DNA of 64,000 nucleotides. Source: a virus. Taxonomy: Duplodnaviria; Caudoviricetes. Positions 1 through 10,900 of this stretch are shown piece after piece; the stretch's first letter is position 1; each line of letters begins with the position of its first letter. The translations under genes were made by a program, and so were the position numbers. The notes beneath the pieces were generated by a model, which was given only the letters and a program-made list of their open reading frames with translations, ran no database searches and was not told the DNA's origin. The stretch is taken from positions 1,187-65,186 of the IMG/VR virus record IMGVR_UViG_3300033148_005058; one strand, given 5' to 3'.

Positions 1-741
1 GGTGACCCTGCGGCAGGTGTAGCTTATAGTGGGGTTCAGATCAGTGGTGCGCTTGCTCTGACGCTCACTGTTCCTGAGCCTCAACGTGTAACTGCACGTG
101 GGGATGACCGACCATATCATACGTTCCAGCTACCACCTACAGAGAACCCCACGGCGGAATTGAGAGTGTCTAAAACGAATCTGGGGGCTATTGCTCTGAT
201 AACCTCTACAGAGTCGTTTGGTTCACTAAAAGGCCGCCGTATTGGGCTGGCAACTGACAAACAGGGTGATGAGGAGACACTTTGTATGTGGGGTTGCCGT
301 GAGGCTATCGACAGTGAGGAAGGAAGTGCTACTTTTGGGCAGAAATGTTGGCAAACATATCTGCTTCTAAGTTGTGAGGCGGCTGTACGCCCTGCAACTA
401 TGGAGGATGCTGCGGTTGGAGAATTTTCCTACTCTATCGTAACAAGTCCTGTAACAACAGATGAATTTGGGGCATCGTTTTCAACTGAGGTAAATGGGTT
501 TACTAAAGCCCCTGTGCTAATGATCGTTACCCAATACAAGTATTGGCTGGATGCCTTTAAGGGAGATGGTGTTGAAACAGAGTTCACACTTACTAAAGGG
601 GCTTATCTACAGGAGGATAGCCTCGTTCAGGTATATGTTGATGGGGTGCTTACAGGGCATACAGAGACTGATGGGGTAGTGACAATTGACGCACCCGACG
701 ATGGTGCAAAGGTTATCATAGAGTACGACTACAAAGACTAG
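1..741 (+). CDS. Major tail (tube) protein, 5'-truncated by the window edge
   Basis: The frame is open from base 1 through the listed ORF 160..741. Beta-rich protein with a C-terminal Ig-like extension, directly upstream of the chaperone and tape measure genes. Confidence 0.65.
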   Translation, partial: GDPAAGVAYSGVQISGALALTLTVPEPQRVTARGDDRPYHTFQLPPTENPTAELRVSKTNLGAIALITSTESFGSLKGRRIGLATDKQGDEETLCMWGCREAIDSEEGSATFGQKCWQTYLLLSCEAAVRPATMEDAAVGEFSYSIVTSPVTTDEFGASFSTEVNGFTKAPVLMIVTQYKYWLDAFKGDGVETEFTLTKGAYLQEDSLVQVYVDGVLTGHTETDGVVTIDAPDDGAKVIIEYDYKD

Positions 742-762
742 CAGTAGATCAGAGGGGGACCC

Positions 763-1170
763 ATGATAACAAAAGAGATAGTGTACAAAGATGATCAGTA
801 CAATGTAACGCTAACCGTGAAGCAGGCAACGGTGTTGGATGGGATGACGCGGAGCGTGTTGATTGCTCAGATGTTTGCTCAGCCTATTGATGAGAATATA
901 ACTGAGGAAAAAGCACGTTTCCGCCGAGTCCTGCTACTCCACACTTATCCAGCCTGTATAGCTGCAACGGACTTTAAGAACGGCAAGGCTAAGAAGAAAC
1001 TTACTGCGGAGATAGCCTCCGAAGACTTCCTTCGGCTTCCTGATTCCCTGGTGTATGAATGGGAAAAAGCCGTATTTGAGCTTAATCCACACTGGGAAGT
1101 GGGAAAGAAACCAACTAAAAAAGAGGAGACGAAGGGGGAAGCAGCAGAGCCAAACGGCGACAAGAGTTAG
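763..1170 (+). CDS. Tail assembly chaperone (gpG-like)
   Basis: 135 aa, between tail tube and tape measure; GGGGGAA slippery candidate near the 3' end. Confidence 0.7.
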   Translation: MITKEIVYKDDQYNVTLTVKQATVLDGMTRSVLIAQMFAQPIDENITEEKARFRRVLLLHTYPACIAATDFKNGKAKKKLTAEIASEDFLRLPDSLVYEWEKAVFELNPHWEVGKKPTKKEETKGEAAEPNGDKS

Positions 1171-1439
1171 ATCAAAAGCTGCTCGTTTGGCTCACGCAGA
1201 AAAAACGCCCCCCAGAGGAGGATCCTCCAAACTGGGACCTTCACAGGGCGAGCATTTCTTGGCGCATATGGACTTTGTTAGAAAGTATGGATTGGAGGTT
1301 TCTACCTGTAAATGGCGGCCTTTTAAATCAACCTGATTGGCTTCTGGAAGATTTAGCTACTATTGCCTGGCGCAGAGGTCGTATAGAGGATATGATGAAA
1401 GGTGCCCTTCCAGGCGTCGCAGTCAGGCGGAGGCAATAA
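763..1439 (+). CDS. Tail assembly chaperone frameshift product (gpGT-like, -1 frameshift near 1134-1140)
   Basis: The -1 frame is open 1119-1439 (..LDQKLLVWL..FLPVNGGLLNQPDWLLEDL..RRRQ*), with no good start at its 5' end. It fills the gap exactly up to the next gene at 1443. Confidence 0.7.
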
Positions 1440-1442
1440 ATT

Positions 1443-1946
1443 GTGCAGCTTACAATCAGCTTACGACCAACTGCATCATCTGCAGGGGCCTTTCGTCGTG
1501 TGTTAGCCCAACCCGCACGTGCAATTGCTGCTTTTGTTGATCGAGATTCTTGGATAGCTTATAGAGTCTACTCAGAATATATCGATGCAATCTTTGAACG
1601 GGAGGGCCAACCACCCTGGAAGACTCTTGTTTTGCCTACGATCCTACATAGGCTCTATTTAGGCTTCCCCCCAGAGCATCCAATCCTCTATCGTACAGGC
1701 TCCTTCAAGGAAAGTCTCCAAGGCAGAGGTATCATAGAAAGTATTAAGCTAGGAAACAATAGCAAAATGCTTCGCTATGGCACCAACGATCCTCGTTTTC
1801 TTTGGTTTCAAGAAGGCACTAGATATATGCCTGCTAGACCAATTGCTCCGACACAAGCTAGATACAAAAAAGCCTTTGGCAGAAACTTAGCCAAAGGTTT
1901 AGGTGCGGCTTTGAATGCTAGAGTACAAGAGGAGTGGGGTAAATAA
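1443..1946 (+). CDS. Virion morphogenesis / tail completion protein (Mu gpG / P2 gpS-like)
   Basis: Motifs PWKTL, PILYRTGSFKESL, YGTN, FQEGTRYMPARP. Confidence 0.6.
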   Translation: MQLTISLRPTASSAGAFRRVLAQPARAIAAFVDRDSWIAYRVYSEYIDAIFEREGQPPWKTLVLPTILHRLYLGFPPEHPILYRTGSFKESLQGRGIIESIKLGNNSKMLRYGTNDPRFLWFQEGTRYMPARPIAPTQARYKKAFGRNLAKGLGAALNARVQEEWGK

Positions 1947-1949
1947 TCC

Positions 1950-4900
1950 ATGGCTGATTATACCACAAGGTATCTCTTTGAAATAGATATTCTGGAAAAG
2001 GATGTCGCTCGCAAGGCCCAAGACATTGCTCGGAAACTTGAAGCTGCTTTGGCCCGAAGTAGTGCTCCTGATGATAAATTGGCAGCAGCACAGCGGCGAC
2101 TTGCATCTGCTTTTGATTTAGCTAATAAAAGTATTACTTCGCAAACTCGTCGTCTTGGTAATTATAGAAAACGGGTAAAGGAGGTAATTGGTCATATACA
2201 AGTCCTAGACAAAGCTGTACAAAATGTGTACCAGAACATGTCTACAGAGGGCGACGATGTTTTTGACTCGCTCACTAAAGGTGCAAGACAAGCCTACGAT
2301 GAAATTGTTGGGCATTCTATCTTACCTGATATGGAAGCCGCAGCAAGCCGCATTTATCAGCGAATATCTGCACAGGGAAATGTAGTTTTCAAATCGGCGA
2401 TCTCCGATGCTGAAAGATTGTTGGCTATTATGCGCGCTCTTGAGCGCGAAACGGCTTCATTAAGGCAGCAGCCACTTTTGCTTACAGGTGGCGCTGGAGC
2501 AGGAGCAGGTGGTACTGGCTGGACAAATGTTGGTGGTGCGGTTGGTGGAGCGCAATGGCAAAAGCCAGTTGAAGATATTAGTGCCGCGATCAAAACACAT
2601 GGACCTGGAATTAACGATTGGCTTAAAGCATTTAATGAAGGCTTGAACAAGGCGTCGCTTCAATGGTTTGGACTTAGACGTTTGGGATATAGTTTGGATT
2701 CTATTGGACAAAGTATGACGCGGACAGGTAATGCGATTTTCCGTGCAATGGCTCAAGCTGGGGAATCCTACTTGGAATTCAATGAAGCTGCCACCCGCGC
2801 TGCTATAGCTATGGAGATGCAGTCTGAGATGCAGGATGTTTTAGAACAAAAAATTCTTGATACTTCTCAGGCATTGGGGTTATTTGCTCCCGAGGAAATA
2901 GCAGAGGGTTTGCGTTTATGGGCTGCGGGCACAGGAGAAGTTGTTCAAACTGAAACTGAACTAAACAATGTCTTGGAGCGCGTTGTAGATCTTCAAAAAT
3001 TAGCCGCTATAAACAGTGAGGATTTGGGTGAACTTACCAAAATTACGGGCGGTATTATGCACGGTTTTGGGATGACATTGGAAGATGTATCTCACATTAT
3101 TGAGGTACTAAACTTCGGTGCAGCTAAAACTAATGCTTCAGTTGTAGATATTGGTCAAACCATAGCTTATGCAGGTCCCTTGGCCCACCAACTTGGAATT
3201 TCATTTGAAGAACTTGTTGCTGTTACAGATCTTTTAGCGGGTGCCAATATAAAAGGAACCCGCGTTGGGCGTGCTTTGAACCAGATGTTTATTCAAATGC
3301 TAAAGCCCACAAAAGATCATAACGATGCTATGAACGAAGCGCTTGGACTTAGCGGCGAATTGAACGATACATGGCAAAAAATGGCCTGGCCTGATGACAA
3401 ATTTATTTCTTTGGCTAATTATATAGACTTTCTGGCTATGACAACCGAAAATATGACTGAAATGGAGCGTAGCGCATTACTAGCTACAATTGCAAGAGCA
3501 ACTGAATTACCAGTTTTAATTACATTAATAGAAAAGCAGATTGATGCCCGCAAAAACAATATAGATGCAATACAAGAGGAAACAAATGCTTTAACTGGAT
3601 CACAAAGTCTCTTTGAACAGATGTGGACTCGGTGGGAAGAAGAAGATGCAAATAGAGCAAAACGAATGCGCGCACGGTGGGATGCAGCCGTCAAAGGTGT
3701 TGGTAAGGCCGTAGTTGAAGCTGGCTTGCCTATAATGGAAGATGCTGTAGATGCTTTATCCAAATTGGCAAAGATAGTGGAAAAATATCCTTGGTTAGCG
3801 AAAGCAGCTTTGGGAGCCGCAGCATTGAATCTTGTTGTAGGTAATTTGGCTCGTGTAGTAGCGCAGTTGGCTCTTTCAATTGCTAACTTTGCGATCATGA
3901 AGACAGCCGTAGCAGCGGCAGGTGCTGCAGGTGCTGCAGGTACTGCAGGTGCTGTGGCTGGGGGAACAGGTGTTGCCGTCGGTGGTGCAGCAGCCGCTGC
4001 AGGTTCGGCAGCGGCAGTTACGGGATTGACAATAGCAGGGGTTGCTGGGGCTGCGTTTATTGTAGTTCGTGAGCTACTTCAAAATCCTACATTAGGGTCC
4101 AGACGACTTCTTGAGGAAAGTCAAGAAGTACAAAACCGATTTAATGAGCTGTTTAGGCCCGGAATAGGGAGACAGGTATACACAGCACGTACAGAGAAAT
4201 CCTTAGAGTTGCTTGAGAAAGTTCTGGGCAAACAAGCAATGTCAATTATGTACTGGGACAAGGAAGGTAGAGCGGACCTTGACAAACTTGTTAATGAAGT
4301 AGCAAAACTTGTAGAGACAGAAAAAGAGATATTTGCTGCACGTCGTATGGGTGGCGTAGAAGAAGGTTGGATACAGGCAGAGCGGGTTACTAAAGTAGGC
4401 GCAGCGGAGTTACACCCACCTGGCGAAGTAAGCCCAGTAAGTGCAGAACAGAAGAAAATAAATGATGAACTTGTAGCCCTTCAGGAAGAGTATGAAGAGA
4501 CAATTCTCCAACTTCGTCTAAAGAGCGATGAAAAGTTTGCTGCGGCGCATACTGCCTGGCTGGACTGGCAAAGTGCTGCCTTAGAAACACATTTACAGAA
4601 AGAAGCTAGTTTAGAGAAGAACTACGCCGATGGAAAAATAAAGCGATTGGCAGCCTATAATCTTAGTGAGCAACAAGCAAAAGAGGATTTTGCAGTCAAA
4701 GAAGCGCAACGGCTCGAAGACTTTAGGCACCAAGAGCAGCAAGCCGAGAAAGATTATCTCCGGCAATTGGAAAAGGATGCTGTGCAACATGCAGAGCGTC
4801 TAGCTAATTTAGCAACTAAGGCACAAGAAGCGGATGAAAAAGCCGCAGATGCCTACCATCGAAAAATGCAGCAACTTGAAGAGGATTATCAGCAAGAACT

Positions 4901-7103
4901 TTTGCAGATGGCTGAGGATTACCAAAAAGCTGTTCAAGAAGCTGCTGAAGAACATGCTGAACGACTTAGCGATCTTGCAGAACAAAATAGACAAGACATT
5001 CTTGATGATGCTAAGCAACACGCCGAACGTCTGGTAGAAATAGAAACCAGCTACTACGAGGCTGTTGAGGATGCTGCGGAACAACATGCTGAACGCATGG
5101 CAGATCGTGCTAAAGGCTTGCAAGATGCTCTGGAAGATGACGCAAAGAGACACGCTGAACGGTTAGCAGACATAGAAACAAGTTATCATGAGGCTGTAGA
5201 AGAGGATGCTGCAAATCACGCGGAACGCCTTGCGGATCTCCGAAAGAACTACGAAGAAGGTATTCTTGACGATGCTGAGAAACATGCTAAACGGTTAGCA
5301 GACCTGGAAGAGAGTTTGCAGGAGACTCTTGAAAAAGACGCAGAACAACATGCGGAACGTCTAGCCAGTTTGAAGGACGATTATCAGAAAAGAGAGGCAC
5401 GCGCGGCAGAGGATCACTTGCGCCGGATGGAGCGCATGGAGCAAGATCATCTTGATCGGATGGATGATCTTATCAGCACCCGTGATGCCCGTGGTCTGCT
5501 CAGAGAAATGCGTGATTATACCAGAAAGCGTGATGAAACTGAGGAAGATTACGAGACAGATAAAGAACGTCGTGAGAAGGATTATGAGGATCGCGTTAAT
5601 GAAGAGAACGAACGTTATGCTAAGGACAAAGAGCGCAGACAGCGAGATTATGAAGATCGAAGACAAGAAGAGATAGAACGTTATGAGGAACAAAAGAAAA
5701 AGCGACGCGAGGATTATGAGGAGCGTGTAAACGAAGAAAACGAACGCGCTGAGAAAATAGCAGCTAAACGACGCAAGGATTATGAAAAGCAAATCCGTGA
5801 GGAGAACGAGCGCTTTGAGGCACAAAAGAAAAAGAGACAAGAAGATTACGAGGAGCGAGTAAGAGAAGAAGAGGAGCGCAGTGCGAAAGAGGCCCAAAAG
5901 CGCCAGGAAGACTACGAAAAGCAAGTTGCTGAGGAAGAAGAGCGCGCTGAAGAAGAAAAGATTGCTCGTGAAGAAGCCTATCAGGAGCAACTTGCTGAGG
6001 AAAAAGCTCATTATGCGGAGCAATTAGCTGAGGAGGAAGCATACTATCTGGAGCGGCGCGAGAAGCGCCAAAAAGAATATACAGCACAACAGCAGGAGGC
6101 AACCGAGAATTACGTCCTTGCTCGCTCTGCAAGGCGTGAGGCTTATGCAAAGCAAATAGCAGATGAAAATGAGCAGTACGCACTTCAGAAAGAAAGACGA
6201 CAGCAAGAATATGCTCTTGAAAGGCAAGACGCAGCCGAAAATTATAGGCTAGCAGCAAACAGACGTGCGGAGAATTTTAAACGTGCTAGGCAACAAGCTG
6301 CGGATGCCTTTACGCGTAAAGAGGAAGACGCTGCTGCTCAATATGAAGCTGCTATGAAAGCTGAGGATACTCGCTATAAAATATCCTATGATAAACGGAA
6401 AGAACAATATGAAGAACAACTAGCTTTGCTCACAGACGAATTAGAAGAGGAAGAACAGGCCGCAAGAGAGGCACATTTAGCTAAACTGAGAAAGCTCGCC
6501 GGTTTCTGGGATGAATTAGAAGGGTCCTATCAAGCGCATTATGATAGGCTTTTGAGAGATGTAAAGGATTTTCTAAGAGACTATCAAGAGATATGGGATG
6601 AGCTCCAGGATCTCGCAGATACGCTCCCAGACTCTCCTGATAGACCCCGACTTGGAGGCGATGAACCTGGTTGGAGACATACAGGCGGATATGCCCTCTT
6701 CGGAAAGTATTGGCTAGGCGAAGCCGGTAAGGAATACGTCCTCAATGCAGATACAGTACGCTCTCTGGAAAGTCGCTTTGGAGTTTTGAATCAAGCCATG
6801 TTTAAAGGGGAGGTATTCCTAAGAGATCCGCGTTGGGTTATAGAGCCTCCAAATGATCCAAGATACCGAATACCTACAGATCCACGTCTAGGCATAGAGC
6901 CTCTATTATTGATGGGATCAAGAACATTTGGAGGGAACTCCAACAGTTCAGTCAACATGCGGATGACCCAGCAGAACGTATGGCACCTGCCTGTGGGTAC
7001 TTCTCAGGAAACTTTAGAGCAGGTTCGAGAAATCGCTTATGCGGCCTCTTATGAAGCTATAACAGCGGCTTCACGCGAAGCCCTAACGAAGCTACCGAGG
7101 TAA
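1950..7103 (+). CDS. Tail tape measure protein
   Basis: 1717 aa, helical. TP901-type core (YAGPLAHQLGISFEE..GTRVGRAL), Ala/Gly hydrophobic segment, 11/22-aa coiled-coil repeats and a C-terminal GG..GEAGKEYV motif. Confidence 0.92.
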   Translation: MADYTTRYLFEIDILEKDVARKAQDIARKLEAALARSSAPDDKLAAAQRRLASAFDLANKSITSQTRRLGNYRKRVKEVIGHIQVLDKAVQNVYQNMSTEGDDVFDSLTKGARQAYDEIVGHSILPDMEAAASRIYQRISAQGNVVFKSAISDAERLLAIMRALERETASLRQQPLLLTGGAGAGAGGTGWTNVGGAVGGAQWQKPVEDISAAIKTHGPGINDWLKAFNEGLNKASLQWFGLRRLGYSLDSIGQSMTRTGNAIFRAMAQAGESYLEFNEAATRAAIAMEMQSEMQDVLEQKILDTSQALGLFAPEEIAEGLRLWAAGTGEVVQTETELNNVLERVVDLQKLAAINSEDLGELTKITGGIMHGFGMTLEDVSHIIEVLNFGAAKTNASVVDIGQTIAYAGPLAHQLGISFEELVAVTDLLAGANIKGTRVGRALNQMFIQMLKPTKDHNDAMNEALGLSGELNDTWQKMAWPDDKFISLANYIDFLAMTTENMTEMERSALLATIARATELPVLITLIEKQIDARKNNIDAIQEETNALTGSQSLFEQMWTRWEEEDANRAKRMRARWDAAVKGVGKAVVEAGLPIMEDAVDALSKLAKIVEKYPWLAKAALGAAALNLVVGNLARVVAQLALSIANFAIMKTAVAAAGAAGAAGTAGAVAGGTGVAVGGAAAAAGSAAAVTGLTIAGVAGAAFIVVRELLQNPTLGSRRLLEESQEVQNRFNELFRPGIGRQVYTARTEKSLELLEKVLGKQAMSIMYWDKEGRADLDKLVNEVAKLVETEKEIFAARRMGGVEEGWIQAERVTKVGAAELHPPGEVSPVSAEQKKINDELVALQEEYEETILQLRLKSDEKFAAAHTAWLDWQSAALETHLQKEASLEKNYADGKIKRLAAYNLSEQQAKEDFAVKEAQRLEDFRHQEQQAEKDYLRQLEKDAVQHAERLANLATKAQEADEKAADAYHRKMQQLEEDYQQELLQMAEDYQKAVQEAAEEHAERLSDLAEQNRQDILDDAKQHAERLVEIETSYYEAVEDAAEQHAERMADRAKGLQDALEDDAKRHAERLADIETSYHEAVEEDAANHAERLADLRKNYEEGILDDAEKHAKRLADLEESLQETLEKDAEQHAERLASLKDDYQKREARAAEDHLRRMERMEQDHLDRMDDLISTRDARGLLREMRDYTRKRDETEEDYETDKERREKDYEDRVNEENERYAKDKERRQRDYEDRRQEEIERYEEQKKKRREDYEERVNEENERAEKIAAKRRKDYEKQIREENERFEAQKKKRQEDYEERVREEEERSAKEAQKRQEDYEKQVAEEEERAEEEKIAREEAYQEQLAEEKAHYAEQLAEEEAYYLERREKRQKEYTAQQQEATENYVLARSARREAYAKQIADENEQYALQKERRQQEYALERQDAAENYRLAANRRAENFKRARQQAADAFTRKEEDAAAQYEAAMKAEDTRYKISYDKRKEQYEEQLALLTDELEEEEQAAREAHLAKLRKLAGFWDELEGSYQAHYDRLLRDVKDFLRDYQEIWDELQDLADTLPDSPDRPRLGGDEPGWRHTGGYALFGKYWLGEAGKEYVLNADTVRSLESRFGVLNQAMFKGEVFLRDPRWVIEPPNDPRYRIPTDPRLGIEPLLLMGSRTFGGNSNSSVNMRMTQQNVWHLPVGTSQETLEQVREIAYAASYEAITAASREALTKLPR
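4780..6060 (+). repeat. 22-codon (66-bp) degenerate tandem repeats within the tape measure gene
   Basis: Recurring (D/E)AxxHAERL units, followed by RxEDYExxxxEENER units. Confidence 0.8.
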
Positions 7104-7111
7104 CGGTTAAT

Positions 7112-7495
7112 ATGGCAACTTATGAATACAAGTTGGATATTGTCTCTTCTGATATGCAAAATGTAGAAGACCTTTTAGGGGTGCCTCCTCGGGGAGTTAC
7201 CTTTGTCTACACCCCCGTAGTTCATACAGGAGGGACAGGTTTAGCCGTTGGAGACGGTTACCCACAGTGTACCTGGACGTTTGAATATATGTCCCGTTCA
7301 ATGCTAACAACGCTACTCGCCTTTCTCGGTACTTCTGCATCGGTTAGCCTGTACATCAACACCCGCCGTCCAGACAATACTTATGCTACCTACTCTGCAG
7401 TAATGCACCGACCGGAGATCCCAGGCGATGCCAGTGCTTTAGTTGGGGGCTGGTCAAATGTTACTGTCAGGTTTACCCATCTGGAGGCAATATAG
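7112..7495 (+). CDS. Putative distal tail protein
   Basis: 127 aa beta-rich protein immediately after the tape measure gene. Confidence 0.5.
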   Translation: MATYEYKLDIVSSDMQNVEDLLGVPPRGVTFVYTPVVHTGGTGLAVGDGYPQCTWTFEYMSRSMLTTLLAFLGTSASVSLYINTRRPDNTYATYSAVMHRPEIPGDASALVGGWSNVTVRFTHLEAI

Positions 7496-7963
7496 ATGGA
7501 TGAGAAGCTTCACTGGAAAACTTCTTGGCGTATTGAAAAATATCTTGTAGGCCAGACTGCTCCCTATGCAGTATCCGAGTTTGATGGAAACTGTGCCCTG
7601 AACCTGGGTATCAATTTATTGTTTGAATTGGCCACAGGAGACAGCGCAGATCATTTTGACAACTCTAATGCAGAAATTGGTGTTGGGGATGACGATACAG
7701 CAGCGGCTGCCGCGCAGCACGGGTTGCAAGCAGAAACTAATAAATTCTATAAAGGAATGGAGGCAGGATATCCCAAAGCTGGGGCGTTTCAGCGCCTCGA
7801 CTTTAGGAGCTCGTTCGATGATGGAGAGGCAGAGTTTGCTTGGGAGGAATTCTGCGTAAGGAACAAAACAGATGGCGTAAATCTCAATCGGAAAGTCTCC
7901 AGTCAAGGTACCAAGCGTTCCGGTCAGATCTGGCTAATTCGCCTCAGAATAGAATTGAGCTAA
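7496..7963 (+). CDS. Virion structural protein
   Basis: IGVGDD..AAAAQ..LQ and F...EA.FAW.E motifs typical of small tail-associated proteins. Confidence 0.55.
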   Translation: MDEKLHWKTSWRIEKYLVGQTAPYAVSEFDGNCALNLGINLLFELATGDSADHFDNSNAEIGVGDDDTAAAAAQHGLQAETNKFYKGMEAGYPKAGAFQRLDFRSSFDDGEAEFAWEEFCVRNKTDGVNLNRKVSSQGTKRSGQIWLIRLRIELS

Positions 7964-7964
7964 C

Positions 7965-10900
7965 ATGGCTTATAACATTCTTGTCCAAGGTGGCTATCCA
8001 CGTTGGGTATTCCGAATGTCTGGCTTTTCAACTACTATCCTACAATCCTTTGCACTTGCTAGCGTCAAAGGGCTTGATTGGGATGGCACTTACCTTTACT
8101 GCGCCTACAGCTATGGAGCAACAGATAAGATAATACGATACAATGGATTCTCAAGCAGCATCAATTCCAGTGTTAATGCCCCTTCTAGTTCACCTAATGG
8201 AGTTGCCTGGACATCAAACAATATCCTTAGTTCTGATAGGATGAATCAAACGCTCTATCAGCATAACGGATTCTCAAGTAGCCTTTTAGACTATATTGCC
8301 GCCCCGGGGGCTATTCCTGCAGGTATTGATGCAGCAGATACTAATACGCTAAGCGTAGATAGCAATGTTAGCTCCCCCAAACATTTTAGACACTATCTTT
8401 TTTCTACCTCTATTATTGATAGCTACACCACTCCAGGACCTTTTCCTACTGGTATAAGTTGGCACGGAAATAATGTAATAAGCGCCGATATGGAGAATGA
8501 TTTAGTCTATGAACATATAGGCTTTTCCAGTAGCATTGCAGGTTCATTTCTTTATCCAGGATCGAGAGATTATAATGGCCCAGCAGGAGTCTGTACAGAA
8601 CCCACAGGACCCCCAGTCAATCCTGACCCCTTTGAGGGAGCTCTAACTTTTGCAGGAGCTCTCTTTGGTAAGAAGACTCGCTATGCAACGCTGGAAGGGA
8701 CACTGACTTTTGTTGGAGATGCTGGCAACACATATCCATGGAATCCAGGAAAACCTTGGGACCCTGGAGATCCTGGTTATGACCCCAGTGATCCAGACAA
8801 ACCTCAATCAAAAGGCGGAACCACCTGGTACAGGTATCCATTGGGTACAATGTCTTTCTATGGGCTATTCGGCTCAGATGAGACAGGGTTCAAAAAAGAG
8901 CTAGAAGGAACTCTTAGGTTATATGGGGTATTGGGAACTAGAAGATCGGATTACACTCCGTCGCCGCCCCCTCCTGACTGGCCGCCAGACCCGCCTCATC
9001 CGCCTGAATCCGGCATTACATTTCGCAGGTCGCGGAGAGGTTATCTGAGCTTTGTAGGGGAATTAGATTCAGAGCAACAATGGCCTAGAGGTAAATTTGA
9101 TAAGGGAACAATTACCGATACTTTCACTATAACTGACACACCAATATCAGGAGGGCCTTCTGGTAGAATAGCACTCTCCCGAGAGCATCCGCACAGGGGG
9201 AAATACTACCTCGCGGTACACAATCCAAAGAAGCTCTTTTGGGGAGAAGTGGATAGCGTTACCCCCGATGTGGATGGAACAGAGATAAAATATATAAACT
9301 CAGGCGGAGATCGGACAGCTTGTTATCATGGCATAACAGTCAAAGTTTATACCAGCGCTGGTGTGTATAAAGGAAAGGTTAGATTGCGCCCCGGCATGGA
9401 TGACACAACTTTACCTGTGGCAGAACAGGATGATCTTGACTGGGCAGTTGGAGACCTATTTGAGATATACGATGTATTCGAGCTGTGGTCCAAATTTCCT
9501 AGAGTTATAGTTGACCCAGGAGATCCTGAAGCACTCATTTGGTATCGCGATTGGGATATTACACCGGCTGATGCAGCAATGCCGATGCAAACCGCACATA
9601 CTAGGTGTGTACCAATTATAGGGCCACCAACCTGTGCTTTTTTAGAGGACGGGACGGCTTCAGTCTACTTTACCGCAAAAGATAGCTACAACATCAATCC
9701 GCTAACACCGCCTGCTTGGTGGTATTGGAGATTTTGGGATAATAGTGTGTTGGGCTGGGACTCTTCTGTTTTAGAAACTCCGGGCTACTTTACCTGGGAT
9801 GCTCCAGGAGTTTACCGTGTAGATTGTCAAGTAGAGACGGGCATACCTACCTGGCTTATGTACCCTGCCTTTCGATATATTCACATATTTGAACGCACAG
9901 GCGAGAACGCACCCTACACAAACTTCAAAGTGGAAAACCTGAGCGGTAGCGTAGCTGAGGGCGGTTGGGTAGCCGAATTTGAAGTCTATACAGACTCTCC
10001 TATAGCCGACTTTCCTGAAGGTGCTCAGGTTATTCTATTCGCAGAGGAGGAATTGGGTGGATTTGATTTCGGGTCTGAGGAGCCTCTCGATTATCGCTCT
10101 GAAGTAAAATATGTTGGATACATTGTAGCAGGTAGTGTGTCTAAGGAACCTGGATCTAGAGTTGTACGCTTTCAAACTGCTGGACTCCAAAGGCTAATGA
10201 AGAATCGAGATAACTTTAGTTTGGCTTTAGATTATGCTGACATAACAACAGCAGACACTTGGGTCAAACAAGATGTACTCTCACCAAACTATGCTTTCAT
10301 GAACTTGCTCTTGTGGAACAGTACACTAATGAGCATTACTGATGTATTCCTGCCTGCTTACTACTATGATACCTGGCCAAGTATTTCACACAAGATCTCA
10401 GAGCACTTAGTAAAATATCAAGATTTTCCCCGAGGAACTCTTTGGAGCCAAATAAATGCCCTTGCCAAAGATGTCTTTGCCCATATCATCGTAGACAGAT
10501 TCGGGAGAGTATCCATTGCAAACGATCCGCAATATACCATTGAGGCGGATATGTGGGCAGATCTCCCTGTGCCCTATACGTTCGGGGCAGAGGATTGGAA
10601 GGCTCCCCTAACATTAGAATTTGTAGACGAGCCAACAACTAGTGTAGTTTGTGTTGAGGGAGTGGCCTACGACGGAGCGACGGCTACACCAGTTATAGGT
10701 TACTACCCGGGTGAATTACCTACATACCGAGGGCGGGTAGAAACGCGGAGCGGCTGCGTCCTCGCGAGCCAAGACGAAGCAGAGTTTCTAGCACAACGCC
10801 TATTCTCGAAGAGAAACAATACTTATCCTGCTGTAACCTTCCAGTGTTTAGGTAACTATAGCTTTCTTGACCTAGTAGACTTTGGCGGAGTCCAGTTAAG

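Noticed and set aside
5361-6258. Long antisense hydrophobic ORFs opposite the tape measure gene
   Set aside because: Shadow frames of the Glu/Arg/Lys-rich repeat; no RBS.
7493-7498. TAG-ATG in-frame junction as a read-through fusion
   Set aside because: The second gene has its own GGAGG RBS and both look like complete separate proteins.
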